The notes: a model not told the origin generated them from the letters alone. A stretch of 64,000 nucleotides of DNA from Candidatus Saccharimonadota bacterium (GCA_017511205.1 JAFWLE010000007.1:367-64366); one strand, 5' to 3'; numbered from the stretch's first letter, positions 8,924 to 17,885 are shown. A program made the numbers and translations.

Positions 8924-9077
8924 AATTTGGGAGAGTATCGACCAAAATGAACTTGTTCATTTTGGACGTATACGAACCCAAATTAAAATAACGAAGTTTT
9001 TTCGATAGTTTCTATTTCAAAACGCCCGACAGCGGAAGACATTTTGCTTTAGCAAAATGTCTACCACAGTCAAGCAT

Positions 9078-9884
9078 CTATATCGCTTTTGCATAAAGCA
9101 CAAGTCTTTGCGTAGCATCCCCACCACCAAGTGGCTGACCCGCACAAGTCATAATTGCAAGATCATAAGACACGCCTGCATCATAATCATAAGCTCTAGC
9201 AATACTATTCATATAATTTTTCTTACCACCGTTACGCCTAAGAGCACCATTAGCCGTCGAATTATCCTTATCGTAATACACCTTACTGCCCACTCTGTAA
9301 GTCGTCTCACGACCATTCACCCTCACTACAAATGTCGAACCCACGCCTAATCTAGAAATACCGCCAAAAATCGAAGCATAGTTATGACCATAAAGGAGCT
9401 TCTGAATCCGATTCACGTGGTTACCAGAATCCACTACACTACTCACGTTTACAATTTCAATCGTATTCCCCGCAATTGTAATCGAATTAGCTGGTGCTGC
9501 AGGCTTTGGAGCAGGTTTAGAAGCAGGCTGAGCTGCCGGCTTTGCCGTGTTAGTAGCTGGTTTAGCCGTTTGAGTTACCGGCTTAACACTAGACTTCTGT
9601 ACTGATTTAGCAGTTGTCTGAGCAGCAGATTGCGTAGCATTTGCAGCAGGTTTTTCATTGTTTTCGACCGCTTTTTCTTCAGACTTTTCAGTCTCTTTTT
9701 CAGCCTCCAAAAAACCTTCCTTCGAATTATCGTCTATCTTTACTGGCTCTTCAGAAACTTCCGCGGTAGCAGCCACATCATCATCCTCAGATAACGAAGC
9801 AGAATCAGTAGGCACAAAAAGGCTACCTAAACCAAATAAACCTAAAACCCCCGTTAAAACCATCAAAAAAAGGCTCTTCGCCAT
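9078..9884 (-). CDS. Sortase-like transpeptidase (class E/F-like) with an N-terminal TM anchor and an Ala/Pro/Lys-rich linker
   Basis: Its order of conserved residues parallels the second sortase in the window: GHN (LLYGHNYASIF), a TLxTC-like LAIMTCAG, and a distal Arg (QRLVLYAKA). The start was moved to MAKSLFLMV (9884), which has GGGAG upstream. Confidence 0.65.
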   Translation of the reverse strand: MAKSLFLMVLTGVLGLFGLGSLFVPTDSASLSEDDDVAATAEVSEEPVKIDDNSKEGFLEAEKETEKSEEKAVENNEKPAANATQSAAQTTAKSVQKSSVKPVTQTAKPATNTAKPAAQPASKPAPKPAAPANSITIAGNTIEIVNVSSVVDSGNHVNRIQKLLYGHNYASIFGGISRLGVGSTFVVRVNGRETTYRVGSKVYYDKDNSTANGALRRNGGKKNYMNSIARAYDYDAGVSYDLAIMTCAGQPLGGGDATQRLVLYAKAI

Positions 9885-9991
9885 AATTAACTCCCATTTA
9901 ATGACCAATTTATGTTTTAATTATATCACACTTAGCTTAAAATGTCAATGCTTATAAATCAAATACCAAAATTTGCCAAATCAAAGCCACT

Positions 9992-10002
9992 TGTGCTACA
10001 AT
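9992..10002 (+). promoter_or_regulatory. Extended -10 promoter (TGTGCTACAAT) for thyA-folA-glyA
   Basis: TGTGCTACAAT lies 17 nt upstream of the thyA ATG, and AGGAGG (10011-10016) sits between them. Confidence 0.55.
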
Positions 10003-10019
10003 TATAAAAAAGGAGGTAA

Positions 10020-10985
10020 ATGAACAAGTTTGATGAAAAATATATCGACCTCTGTCGACGTATCCTAAAAGAAGGCGAGGAAATCACTAATTACGCCAAA
10101 ACCGACCAGAGGAAGAAAAGTGATGCCTCGGCCATGCCTTTTCATAAAGCTCAAGGAGAGCAAGGTTCCGAAACCATCAGATTACCTCATCAAATTTTCC
10201 AATTCGACCTCGAAGAAGGATTCCCTATTCTCACCTCTAAAAAAGTAGCATTTAAAACATCTGTTCTAGAGCTGCTGTGGATTTTTCAAGTTGCTTCAAA
10301 CGATGTTCGGTGGCTAAAAGAACGTGGTGTCAAAATTTGGGACGAATGGGAAATCTCTGAAAAGGGCATCTATCAGGGGCGAAATATCAATCAAATCTTC
10401 CAAAAAAATCACCAAAACGAGCCAAAAACCGACTTTGCCCACACTATTGGTACCGCTTACGGCTGGATCGTTAGCCGCTATAATCTCGTCGAAAACCTCA
10501 TTGCTACCCTCAAAAATACCCCTGGCAATCGCCGCATGGTCCTTTCACTCTGGCAAAACGAATGGCTCGAAACCGCCGCTCTTCCCTCTTGCGTCTGGAA
10601 TTCAGAATGGAACCTCACCAATGGCCGCCTTAATCTGTTAGTTAATTCCCGCTCCTCTGATGTACCCCTAGGGCTCCCCTTCAATATCGTCCAATACGCA
10701 ATTTTTGATTATTTGATTGCTAGAACCATCGGTGCAAAACCCGGTCTCTTTACCTTTATCACCAACGACGCCCATATCTATAAAAATCAAATCCCCGGTA
10801 TTAAGGAACAAATCCGCCGCTATGACGAAGCAGTCAAAACTCACACGTTACCAAAACCTCCCAAGCTTTGGCTCAACCCCGAAATTAATGATTTTTACGC
10901 CTTTGATAACTCCAAAGACTTAAAAGATATCAAACTAATCGATTATAATCATCTTGGCGCCATCAAAATGCCAGTTACGGAGTAA
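10020..10985 (+). CDS. thyA: Thymidylate synthase (ThyA type)
   Basis: The motifs RRMVLSLWQ, LPSCVW, SRSSDVPLGLPFNIVQYA and NDAHIYKNQ match the ThyA active-site regions. Confidence 0.92.
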   Translation: MNKFDEKYIDLCRRILKEGEEITNYAKTDQRKKSDASAMPFHKAQGEQGSETIRLPHQIFQFDLEEGFPILTSKKVAFKTSVLELLWIFQVASNDVRWLKERGVKIWDEWEISEKGIYQGRNINQIFQKNHQNEPKTDFAHTIGTAYGWIVSRYNLVENLIATLKNTPGNRRMVLSLWQNEWLETAALPSCVWNSEWNLTNGRLNLLVNSRSSDVPLGLPFNIVQYAIFDYLIARTIGAKPGLFTFITNDAHIYKNQIPGIKEQIRRYDEAVKTHTLPKPPKLWLNPEINDFYAFDNSKDLKDIKLIDYNHLGAIKMPVTE

Positions 10986-10986
10986 A

Positions 10987-11460
10987 ATGTTTACAATCAT
11001 CGCTTGTATCGGCCAAAATCGAGAGCTAGGAAAAGACAATAAACTCATTTTTCATCTCAAGGACGATCTAAAATTTTTCCAAGAAACTACGCTAAACCAC
11101 AAAGTCGTCATGGGGCGAAAAACCTGGGAATCCCTGCCCCAAAAGCTCAAAAATCGCGAAAGCATCGTAATCTCGCGTCAAAATTTTGCGGGCCCTGACC
11201 TAATTGTCCACAATTCAGATGAATTCATTGAAAAATTTCAAAACACCCCCGAAGAAATTTTCATCATCGGCGGAGCAACCATCTACCAGAAATTTCTTCC
11301 CTTTGCAAAGTCGATTTATCTCACAGAAGTAGATACCCCAGAACCTACTGCTGACGCCTTTTTCCCTGTTTTTGACAAATCTAATTATTCTAGTAAACTA
11401 ATTAAAAAAGGCACTGAAAATGGTCTAAGCTATCAGATAACTCGGTATATTAAAAACTAA
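10987..11460 (+). CDS. folA: Dihydrofolate reductase
   Basis: MFTIIACIGQNRELGKDNKLIFHL...VVMGRKTWESLP...IFIIGGATIY is the typical DHFR signature. The ATG lies 1 nt after the thyA stop. Confidence 0.9.
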   Translation: MFTIIACIGQNRELGKDNKLIFHLKDDLKFFQETTLNHKVVMGRKTWESLPQKLKNRESIVISRQNFAGPDLIVHNSDEFIEKFQNTPEEIFIIGGATIYQKFLPFAKSIYLTEVDTPEPTADAFFPVFDKSNYSSKLIKKGTENGLSYQITRYIKN

Positions 11461-11507
11461 ATTTAAATTCCAAATGGACTTAATTTTACTTATAAAGAAA
11501 GGAAAAA

Positions 11508-12875
11508 ATGAAAGATTTAGTGTTTGACCTGATAAAACAAGAGAAAACCCGCCAAGAAGAAGGCCTAGAACTAATTCCCAGCGAAAACTACGTTTCTCCT
11601 GCTGTTCTCGCTGGAATGGGTTCGATTTTAACCAACAAGTATTCCGAAGGCTATCCAAGCTTCGAAGGTATCCCCGGCTGGGATGAAGCCAAAATTTCCC
11701 AAGAAATCCTTCCCAACTACCGCTATTATGGCGGCCAACAAAATGTCGATCGAATCGAGCGCCTAGCTATTAGCCGCGCTTGCCAGCTTTTTCATGCTGA
11801 TCACGCCAACGTCCAGCCCCACTCTGGCGCCCAAGCCAATAATGCTGTATACTTTGCCTGGCTAGAGCCCGGCGACACGGTACTTGGCATGTCACTTCCC
11901 GCTGGCGGGCATCTGACCCATGGCGCCTCTGTCACTCAAAGCGCCAAAATTTACAATTTTGTGAATTACGGCGTCACAAAAGACGGCGATATTGATTACG
12001 ACGAGCTCGAATCACTGGCAAAGAAGCACCATCCCAAAGTCATTTTAATCGGCTATTCTGCCTTTATGAAAATCCCTGATTTTGCCCGTGTCGCCAAAAT
12101 CCGCGATGATCTTTCAAAAGAAACCGGCGAAGAAATCCTACTAATGGCCGATATGGCTCACGTCGCTGGTTTAATCGCCGGTGGCGTTCATCCTAACCCT
12201 CTAGATTATGGCTTTAATGTGATGACCACCACTACGCATAAAACTTTACGCGGTCCTCGTGGCGGCTTAATATTAACAAAGGGTAACGTCGCTTCCCCTC
12301 TAAAAAAACCCGAAAAAACTCTGAAAAATATTCCTATTTTAATTGATCGTGCAGTCTTTCCGGGCACTCAAGGAGGACCACTAGAGCACATCATCGCCGC
12401 AAAAGCCATCGCCTTCGGCGAAGCCTTAAAGCCCGAGTTCAAAATTTACGCTAAAAACATCGTTGAAAACGCCAAATCTTTAGCCGAGGCACTGAAAAAA
12501 GAAGGCTTCATTCTCCAAGGCAACGGCACCGAAAACCATCTTATTCTCGTCGACATCAAAAAAAGCTTCGATATCGACGGCAAGTTCTACGAACAAGCTC
12601 TCGACCAAATTGGACTAACATTGAACGCCAATGCTTTGCCTAGCGACCCCTCCGGGTCCTTCCGTCCTTCCGGCGTCCGACTCGGCACCCCCGCTATGAC
12701 CACCAGAGGCCTTGGCGAAGCTGAAATGTCCCAAATCGCCACCTGGATGAAAAAAGTTGCTATCATCTGCCAAAAAGCTGGCTCTATCGAGAATCTCCCG
12801 AATTTTCAATCCGACCTCGATGCCCTCCGTGCCGAAGTCCGCACTCTTGCCCTGCGCTTCCCCCTTCCAGAGTGA
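11508..12875 (+). CDS. glyA: Serine hydroxymethyltransferase
   Basis: [15 protein letters not shown]...NKYSEGYP and the PLP-lysine region [14 protein letters not shown] are present. Confidence 0.95.
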   Translation: MKDLVFDLIKQEKTRQEEGLELIPSENYVSPAVLAGMGSILTNKYSEGYPSFEGIPGWDEAKISQEILPNYRYYGGQQNVDRIERLAISRACQLFHADHANVQPHSGAQANNAVYFAWLEPGDTVLGMSLPAGGHLTHGASVTQSAKIYNFVNYGVTKDGDIDYDELESLAKKHHPKVILIGYSAFMKIPDFARVAKIRDDLSKETGEEILLMADMAHVAGLIAGGVHPNPLDYGFNVMTTTTHKTLRGPRGGLILTKGNVASPLKKPEKTLKNIPILIDRAVFPGTQGGPLEHIIAAKAIAFGEALKPEFKIYAKNIVENAKSLAEALKKEGFILQGNGTENHLILVDIKKSFDIDGKFYEQALDQIGLTLNANALPSDPSGSFRPSGVRLGTPAMTTRGLGEAEMSQIATWMKKVAIICQKAGSIENLPNFQSDLDALRAEVRTLALRFPLPE

Positions 12876-12890
12876 TTTTCAAAGCACATG

Positions 12891-12917
12891 AAAAACCCCG
12901 GATTACTCCGGGGTTTT
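12891..12917. terminator. Bidirectional intrinsic terminator between the convergent glyA and helicase genes
   Basis: The hairpin is AAAAACCCCGGA-ttac-TCCGGGGTTTT, with an A run 5' and a T run 3'. Confidence 0.8.
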
Positions 12918-12929
12918 ATGAACGCCAAA

Positions 12930-15101
12930 TCACGATGTACTTCTCCTACGTCCAGAGCTTGCTATATTAGTAAATCCAGCCGCCAAAATAGCCTTTTTAA
13001 AAGATCCAAAACGTTTCATAAAAAGGGCAGAGCTAGGCAAAGAGGGCTCTTTGTCCACATCACGCTTAGAAGGAACTCGACCTATCCTTTGTCCATAATC
13101 CCATAACAATTTTAAAAGAGCATCATTCTCCTGCTCAGAAAAAGGCAATTCTAATTTCGCCATCCTTAGAGCAGACTCATAAGATGAAAATCTTTTCCTG
13201 TACATATCACTAGAAGGCATGTCTAAAGCAGCATCTATCTCTATCGTGGTAGGAGTATGGCCTATTTTCTCCGCGAAATCAACCAGCTTTTTCAAAAGCC
13301 AATCGTTGCTATATTTCTTATATCTCCAATTTTTGGCTCGTGGCAATCCCAAAGAATCACCTAGTTTTCCAATACTACCAAAACGATTGCGGTAGCAACC
13401 AGGAGAAGGCAATTTAGGATTATCTTTTATCTCTTCTGAATTTGGCCTTCGACCTAGTTCATTGGCAAACTCTAAATAAAGATTAGCCATTTCGTCATCG
13501 CTCAGATCATATGCTCCACGAGATTTACCTAACCCAGCCTTTTCTGTCGCAGCCATTAGGCCACCAAATCTATTACGATAGGTGACCGCTGATGGCATAT
13601 CCGGAAACTTGTTAAGATCCTTCGACGTAGGCACATGACCAACTCGTTCAGCACAAATACAAAGAAAGTCTAACAATTCCTTGTCAGAGTATCTCTTGTT
13701 ATTTGGCTTTAGCTCAAAACCAGCTAGTAAGCATGCCTCAACAAAACTCCCAAAATGATTGGCATATGTAGTAGCATTTGGCATATCCGGATCAGCATTT
13801 ACTTCCATTATAGATGGAGTATGGCCAAGTTTAATGCCAAACTCTTTCAAAAGTTGAAGCAATTCGTCATTCGAATATGATCCAACATAGTTTCGTGCCT
13901 TTTCAATTAGTTCAATGATATCCACCTTACGATCCCTGAACACTGGAGTATCGATCTCTAAGTTAAAAAACTCATGCTCTTCATCGATCTTCCTGTGAGG
14001 ATATCTAGAAATAGATTCATTAAGCTCCTTTTGAAGCTGGCATAGCATGCAAAAACGTTCAACCGCTCCCACAAAATCTAACACCAAAACTTTCCCTTTA
14101 TTCTCAGCCAAACGCAAACCACGCCCTAACTGTTGAGTAAAGACAATTTTGGACTGCGTCACACGAAGAAACACGATTACATCGGTTCTTGGGACATCTA
14201 TTCCCTCATTTAGCATATCAACTGCACAAACAGTCTTAATGCTACCAGAATAGAATCCTTCAAGCCTTTCCCGAACGGTGTCATCATCCAATTTGGAATG
14301 AATCACTACAGCATCACCCATAAGCTCTGCAAATCGTTCTGCATGTTCGATAGTCTGACAAAATATCACCGTAGTAGGATCCTTCTTGTGAGACAACTCC
14401 TCTTTAATGATGCGAACAATTTCTTCATCCCTTTTTGGCACAAACACCTTACGGTTGAGCTGACTCAACGAGATTCTAACTTCTGTATCCAAAAACTGTT
14501 GCAAATTCTGAATCTCGTCAGTCAAAACATGGTAATCTAAATCAGACAGCCAACCGTCTCTAATAGCCGATTCCAATCTGTATTCGAATACCGTTTTCCC
14601 AAAAATATCCTCAAGTCCAGCAGCATCCGTACGTTCTGGCGTAGCAGTCATACCGAGTAAAAACTGCGGTTTAAAATACTGAATCGCCTTCTTGTACGTT
14701 TCAGCTGGGCTATGATGAGCCTCATCCACAATACAGTAGGAAAACTCATCTGGTGCAAATTCATCCTTGTGAATGTTCACGGATTGTAAATTGGCAAATA
14801 GAAAATCCGTTTTTGTAGAAGCTTTTTCTACGCCATTATACATTCCGTAACTATACTCATCCCCAAAAACTTTCTTGAAATATTTCTTTGTCTGATACTG
14901 AATTGCTTGTGAATGACATAAGACTAAGACACGACCATCACGATGGCTTTTAAAATATTGAACAATATCAAAAGCGCTAGTAATAGTCTTCCCTAGCCCC
15001 GATGCCATTACAATCAAAGCTTTATTTTCTCCTTCAGCCCTAGCTTTACTAAGTGCCTTAATGCATTCTCTTTGATATACTCTTGGTTTATATGCGTTCA
15101 T
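12930..15101 (-). CDS. Stand-alone SF2 (DEAH, ResIII-like) helicase fused to five tandem homing-endonuclease-associated repeats (HNH_repeat-like)
   Basis: The helicase motifs are I ASGLGKT, II IVDEAHH, III MTATPER and VI QQLGRGLR. The C-terminal half has five units of about 60 aa with the pattern ..ELL..L......GH.P(S/T)..E.......P(S/N)...Y...FGS...A...AG(F/L). The start is set at MNAYKPRVYQ (15101), preceded by GGGGGG. Confidence 0.8.
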   Translation of the reverse strand: MNAYKPRVYQRECIKALSKARAEGENKALIVMASGLGKTITSAFDIVQYFKSHRDGRVLVLCHSQAIQYQTKKYFKKVFGDEYSYGMYNGVEKASTKTDFLFANLQSVNIHKDEFAPDEFSYCIVDEAHHSPAETYKKAIQYFKPQFLLGMTATPERTDAAGLEDIFGKTVFEYRLESAIRDGWLSDLDYHVLTDEIQNLQQFLDTEVRISLSQLNRKVFVPKRDEEIVRIIKEELSHKKDPTTVIFCQTIEHAERFAELMGDAVVIHSKLDDDTVRERLEGFYSGSIKTVCAVDMLNEGIDVPRTDVIVFLRVTQSKIVFTQQLGRGLRLAENKGKVLVLDFVGAVERFCMLCQLQKELNESISRYPHRKIDEEHEFFNLEIDTPVFRDRKVDIIELIEKARNYVGSYSNDELLQLLKEFGIKLGHTPSIMEVNADPDMPNATTYANHFGSFVEACLLAGFELKPNNKRYSDKELLDFLCICAERVGHVPTSKDLNKFPDMPSAVTYRNRFGGLMAATEKAGLGKSRGAYDLSDDEMANLYLEFANELGRRPNSEEIKDNPKLPSPGCYRNRFGSIGKLGDSLGLPRAKNWRYKKYSNDWLLKKLVDFAEKIGHTPTTIEIDAALDMPSSDMYRKRFSSYESALRMAKLELPFSEQENDALLKLLWDYGQRIGRVPSKRDVDKEPSLPSSALFMKRFGSFKKAILAAGFTNIASSGRRRSTS

Positions 15102-15232
15102 ATTGACCCCCCATTCTTTACAAGAAAAGCATCTTGCCGTTACCGGCAGAATGAGAGGCTCCAAAAAACCACCCATTCTACCGGCAAAAAGAGGGTCACT
15201 TTTAAAGTGCTTTATACGGTCACATTAAAACC

Positions 15233-15252
15233 TTATACTATATATAGTATAA
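15233..15252. promoter_or_regulatory. Perfect 20-bp palindrome TTATACTATATATAGTATAA overlapping the -10 element and start site of the helicase promoter (candidate operator)
   Basis: I read the palindrome directly from the sequence. Positions 15246-15251 of it double as the -10 hexamer on the minus strand. Confidence 0.5.
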
Positions 15253-15274
15253 CATAGAATGATATAATTGTCAA
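15246..15274 (-). promoter_or_regulatory. Near-consensus sigma-70-type promoter for the helicase gene
   Basis: The minus strand reads TTGACA (15274-15269), a 17-nt spacer, then TATACT (15251-15246). Confidence 0.6.
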
Positions 15275-15387
15275 TCTAAAGCAGTATAAATAGTATTAAA
15301 AACTGTTTCACCGTGCCCTCGCCCCGGGCGAGTGCACACGTTCTAGTAGACACAGCCTAATTTAGCAAAATTGTAACGCAAAATACA

Positions 15388-15415
15388 AAAATACCCTGAG
15401 AAAACAGGGTATTTT
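15388..15415 (-). terminator. Intrinsic terminator downstream of tRNA-Ala(CGC)
   Basis: The hairpin is AAAATACCCTG-agaaaa-CAGGGTATTTT. It is symmetric, with a T run on the minus strand. Confidence 0.7.
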
Positions 15416-15450
15416 GTGCATCAAGCGACTCTCTAAATCACTCATATTTA

Positions 15451-15526
15451 TGGTGGAGCGTAGGAGAATCAAACTCCTGACCTCGGCAATGCGAATGCCG
15501 CGCTCTATCAGCTGAGCTAACGCCCC
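15451..15526 (-). tRNA. tRNA-Ala (anticodon CGC) with encoded CCA
   Basis: The reverse complement folds as GGGGCGT-TA-GCTC-AGCTGATA-GAGC-G-CGGCA-TTCGCAT-TGCCG-AGGTC-AGGAG-TTTGATT-CTCCT-ACGCTCC-A-CCA. G3:U70 is present. Confidence 0.93.
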
Positions 15527-15585
15527 ATACACACATTATAACATATTTCCTAATTAATTCCAACGGAATTAATTAGTTTAAAACA

Positions 15586-15620
15586 AAAATTAAGTTGGAA
15601 TTCACTTCCAACTTAATTTT
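15586..15620 (-). terminator. Intrinsic terminator of the ribosomal protein operon (downstream of rpsI)
   Basis: It has a perfect 15-bp stem, AAAATTAAGTTGGAA-ttcac-TTCCAACTTAATTTT, followed on the minus strand by a T-rich run. Two more hairpins flank it (15550-15576 and 15642-15664). Confidence 0.7.
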
Positions 15621-15672
15621 CTTTCTGGCTTTTTCTACTGGACTCTTTTCCTCCGGAAAAGAGTTCAAGTGT

Positions 15673-16074
15673 TTACCGTTTCGAGAATTGTTCTTTCTTA
15701 CGTGCCGAGCGCAGACCGTACTTCTTGCGTTCCTTCTCTCTCGGATCGCGTGAAGTAAAGCCAGCTTTCTTGAGTACCGGACGTAAATCTGGCGCTTCCG
15801 TCACTAAAGCTTTCGAAATTGCAAGCTTAATAGCGTCAACTTGTCCAGCTAAACCACCACCTTTCACCAAAATCGTAATGTCGTACTCTTTTTGCTTTTC
15901 GGCTAACGCTAACGGATCAGTAATTTCAGCTAAATAAGTCTTATTGCCCGAAAGATATTCAAGCGCTGGCTTATCGTTAATTTTAATTTCACCCTTGCCC
16001 TTGTAAAGTCGCGCCGAAGCCGTAGCCGATTTGCGTCGACCAAGCCCGTAAGTATATTTTTTCGTCGCTACCAT
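15673..16074 (-). CDS. rpsI: 30S ribosomal protein S9
   Basis: 133 aa. The C-terminus ...RKKEQFSKR and GGGLAGQVDAIKLAISKAL are typical of uS9. Confidence 0.95.
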   Translation of the reverse strand: MVATKKYTYGLGRRKSATASARLYKGKGEIKINDKPALEYLSGNKTYLAEITDPLALAEKQKEYDITILVKGGGLAGQVDAIKLAISKALVTEAPDLRPVLKKAGFTSRDPREKERKKYGLRSARKKEQFSKR

Positions 16075-16499
16075 TATTTAATCTCCTTTGGATTTTGCGC
16101 AGTATGTGCATGTTCTGCTCCAGCAAAAACTCTTAATCTAGCTAATCGATCAGCTGCTAATTTGTTCTTTGGAAGCATACCCTTAACCGCTGCTTTAACA
16201 GCCACTGCTGGGTCTTTTTCAACCACTTCCTCAAGTCGAAGCTCTTTCAAAGCACCTGGGAAGCCGCTGTGACGATAATACTTCTTTTGAAGCATTTTAT
16301 CACCTGTCACCTGCAAATTCTTAGCATTAATTACCACTACATAATCACCCCCATCGATATGCGGTGTATAGGTAACTTTACTCTTACCCATCAATTTATC
16401 AGCAATTACTACCGCTAATTTACCAAGTGGCATTTTAGAAGCATCAACAATCCACCATTCGCGTTTTACTTCAGAACCTTTTTGAGAATAAGTTTTCAT
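16074..16499 (-). CDS. rplM: 50S ribosomal protein L13
   Basis: 141 aa. REWWIVDASKMPLGKLA and YYRHSGFPG are uL13 motifs. Confidence 0.95.
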   Translation of the reverse strand: MKTYSQKGSEVKREWWIVDASKMPLGKLAVVIADKLMGKSKVTYTPHIDGGDYVVVINAKNLQVTGDKMLQKKYYRHSGFPGALKELRLEEVVEKDPAVAVKAAVKGMLPKNKLAADRLARLRVFAGAEHAHTAQNPKEIK

Positions 16500-16924
16500 T
16501 ATTTATCCTCCTTTTTCGCTGATTTTGATTTCTCTGGCTTAGTTGCTTTGGCGTTGTATTCGTAGTCTATTTCATCGACAAAACTGATGGTAGCCATTTC
16601 GGAATTATCTCCCTTGCGGAAACCAGCCCGTTCAATCTTGAGATAGCCAGACTCGCGCTTAATTTGCGGAGCCACTACGTCAACTAAAAGCGTAGCCGCT
16701 TCTAAATCATTAAGTCTCGAAATTATCAAACGACGATTCGAAAGTCCACCCTTTCTAGCCATCGTGATTAACTTCTCTAAACTGCGACGAATCTCTTTAG
16801 CTCTAGCCAAAGTCGTCGTAATACTCTGATACCGGATGAGAGCACACATCAGCCCACGCGTCAGTGCCAATCTCTGATCGGTTTTACGGCCGAATTTTCG
16901 ACCTTTATACTCATGGCGATGCAT
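16499..16924 (-). CDS. rplQ: 50S ribosomal protein L17
   Basis: The N-terminus is MHRHEYKGRKFGRKTDQRLAL...TTLARAKE. There is a C-terminal Lys-rich extension. Confidence 0.93.
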   Translation of the reverse strand: MHRHEYKGRKFGRKTDQRLALTRGLMCALIRYQSITTTLARAKEIRRSLEKLITMARKGGLSNRRLIISRLNDLEAATLLVDVVAPQIKRESGYLKIERAGFRKGDNSEMATISFVDEIDYEYNAKATKPEKSKSAKKEDK

Positions 16925-16925
16925 T

Positions 16926-17876
16926 TTAAATATTTAACTCCGTTAACTTTTCTTTAACCTCGTCAAGCGCCTTTTGACCAAAACCTTTGAGATCCTTAAG
17001 ATCAGACTCCGAAAGGGTTACCAAATCCCGAATGGTCTTGATATCATTATTGATGAGAGCATTCGCGGTTCGTGCTGAAAGATCCAATTCTTCAATTGGC
17101 AACATCAAACCAGAATCGTCATCATTGGCATTGCTACCAGGCGCAGGACTAGACTCGACCTTTGTACTACCAGCTAAGGCTGTATACTGATTTACTAGAA
17201 TTGCAGCAGCTTCTTCGAAGGCTTCTTTTGGCGTAATCGTGCCATCAGTTTCTACCGTCATATTTAGCTGTTGCAAATTAGTATCTTGTCCTACACGAGT
17301 ATTTTCTACTTTGTAGCGAACTCGGAGCACCGGTGTAAAGACTGCATCAATTGCAATCATGTCCGAATGTAATCTCGAGTCACTAGATTGCTCAATAGTC
17401 ATATAGCCACGACCTGCCTCGACCACAAAATGCATTTTGAGCACGTACTTTGGATCATCAATGTGGCAAATCGTTTGGTTAGGATTGGCGATTTCTACTT
17501 CTGACGGAAGCTTGATATCTCCCGCAATCACACGCTTATCACCATCCTTAGTTGATTGTTTATCTCCCTTAATTTCTAGGCTTAGCTCTACTGGTGCATC
17601 GGTGTGCAGTTTGAACCGAATGTTTTTGAGGTTCAACATAATATCAACCACATCTTCCCGAATACCAGGAATCGCCGTATATTCGTGCGTAGTTCCTTCA
17701 ATCGAAAAGGCTGTGATTGCAGCACCTTTAACGCTAGAAAGCAAAACCCGTCTGAGAGAGTTGCCGAGAGTATTACCATACCCTGGGTAAAGTGGCTTAA
17801 TCACAAATTCAGCACTTGTTTTACTAAGCTCCTTGACGCTGTCAAGTTTTGCTTCATGAATATTTTTTGTTGCCAT
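16926..17876 (-). CDS. rpoA: DNA-directed RNA polymerase alpha subunit
   Basis: 316 aa. It has the N-terminal dimerisation domain (PLYPGYGNTLGNSLRRVLLSS) and the alpha-CTD helix-hairpin-helix (LDLSARTANALINNDIKTIRDLV). Confidence 0.95.
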   Translation of the reverse strand: MATKNIHEAKLDSVKELSKTSAEFVIKPLYPGYGNTLGNSLRRVLLSSVKGAAITAFSIEGTTHEYTAIPGIREDVVDIMLNLKNIRFKLHTDAPVELSLEIKGDKQSTKDGDKRVIAGDIKLPSEVEIANPNQTICHIDDPKYVLKMHFVVEAGRGYMTIEQSSDSRLHSDMIAIDAVFTPVLRVRYKVENTRVGQDTNLQQLNMTVETDGTITPKEAFEEAAAILVNQYTALAGSTKVESSPAPGSNANDDDSGLMLPIEELDLSARTANALINNDIKTIRDLVTLSESDLKDLKGFGQKALDEVKEKLTELNI

Positions 17877-17885
17877 TTTTTCTCC

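Noticed and set aside
10324-10641. 105-aa alternative-frame ORF inside thyA, and a 68-aa ORF at 10717-10923
   Set aside because: These are out-of-frame overlaps within a highly conserved enzyme gene and carry no independent signals.
15102-15176. N-terminal extensions offered by the ORF track (helicase from 15176, and likewise rpoB 29300, rpoC 25909, leuS 36392, trmH-like 36259, rpsP 30564, folA 10954, FISUMP 59331, 33972)
   Set aside because: Internal Met codons give conserved family N-termini. They are preceded by SD-like purine runs or leaderless -10 boxes, and they remove overlaps with neighbouring genes.
15233-15252. The palindrome as a LexA/SOS box
   Set aside because: It lacks both the CGAAC-N4-GTTCG and the CTG-N10-CAG cores. 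It is kept only as a generic candidate operator.
15313-15337. GC-rich hairpin GTGCCCTCGCCC-c-GGGCGAGTGCAC in an AT-rich spacer
   Set aside because: It is a single copy in this window with no U run. Short 8-9-nt matches to the FISUMP 3' region are in the wrong order to be a DGR template. There is not enough to assign a function.
12876-15450. Integrative island at tRNA-Ala(CGC)
   Set aside because: The helicase gene is a compositional outlier next to the tRNA 3' end. However, I found no integrase and no direct repeat of the tRNA 3' end near 12880-12930, so an att-bounded island cannot be claimed.
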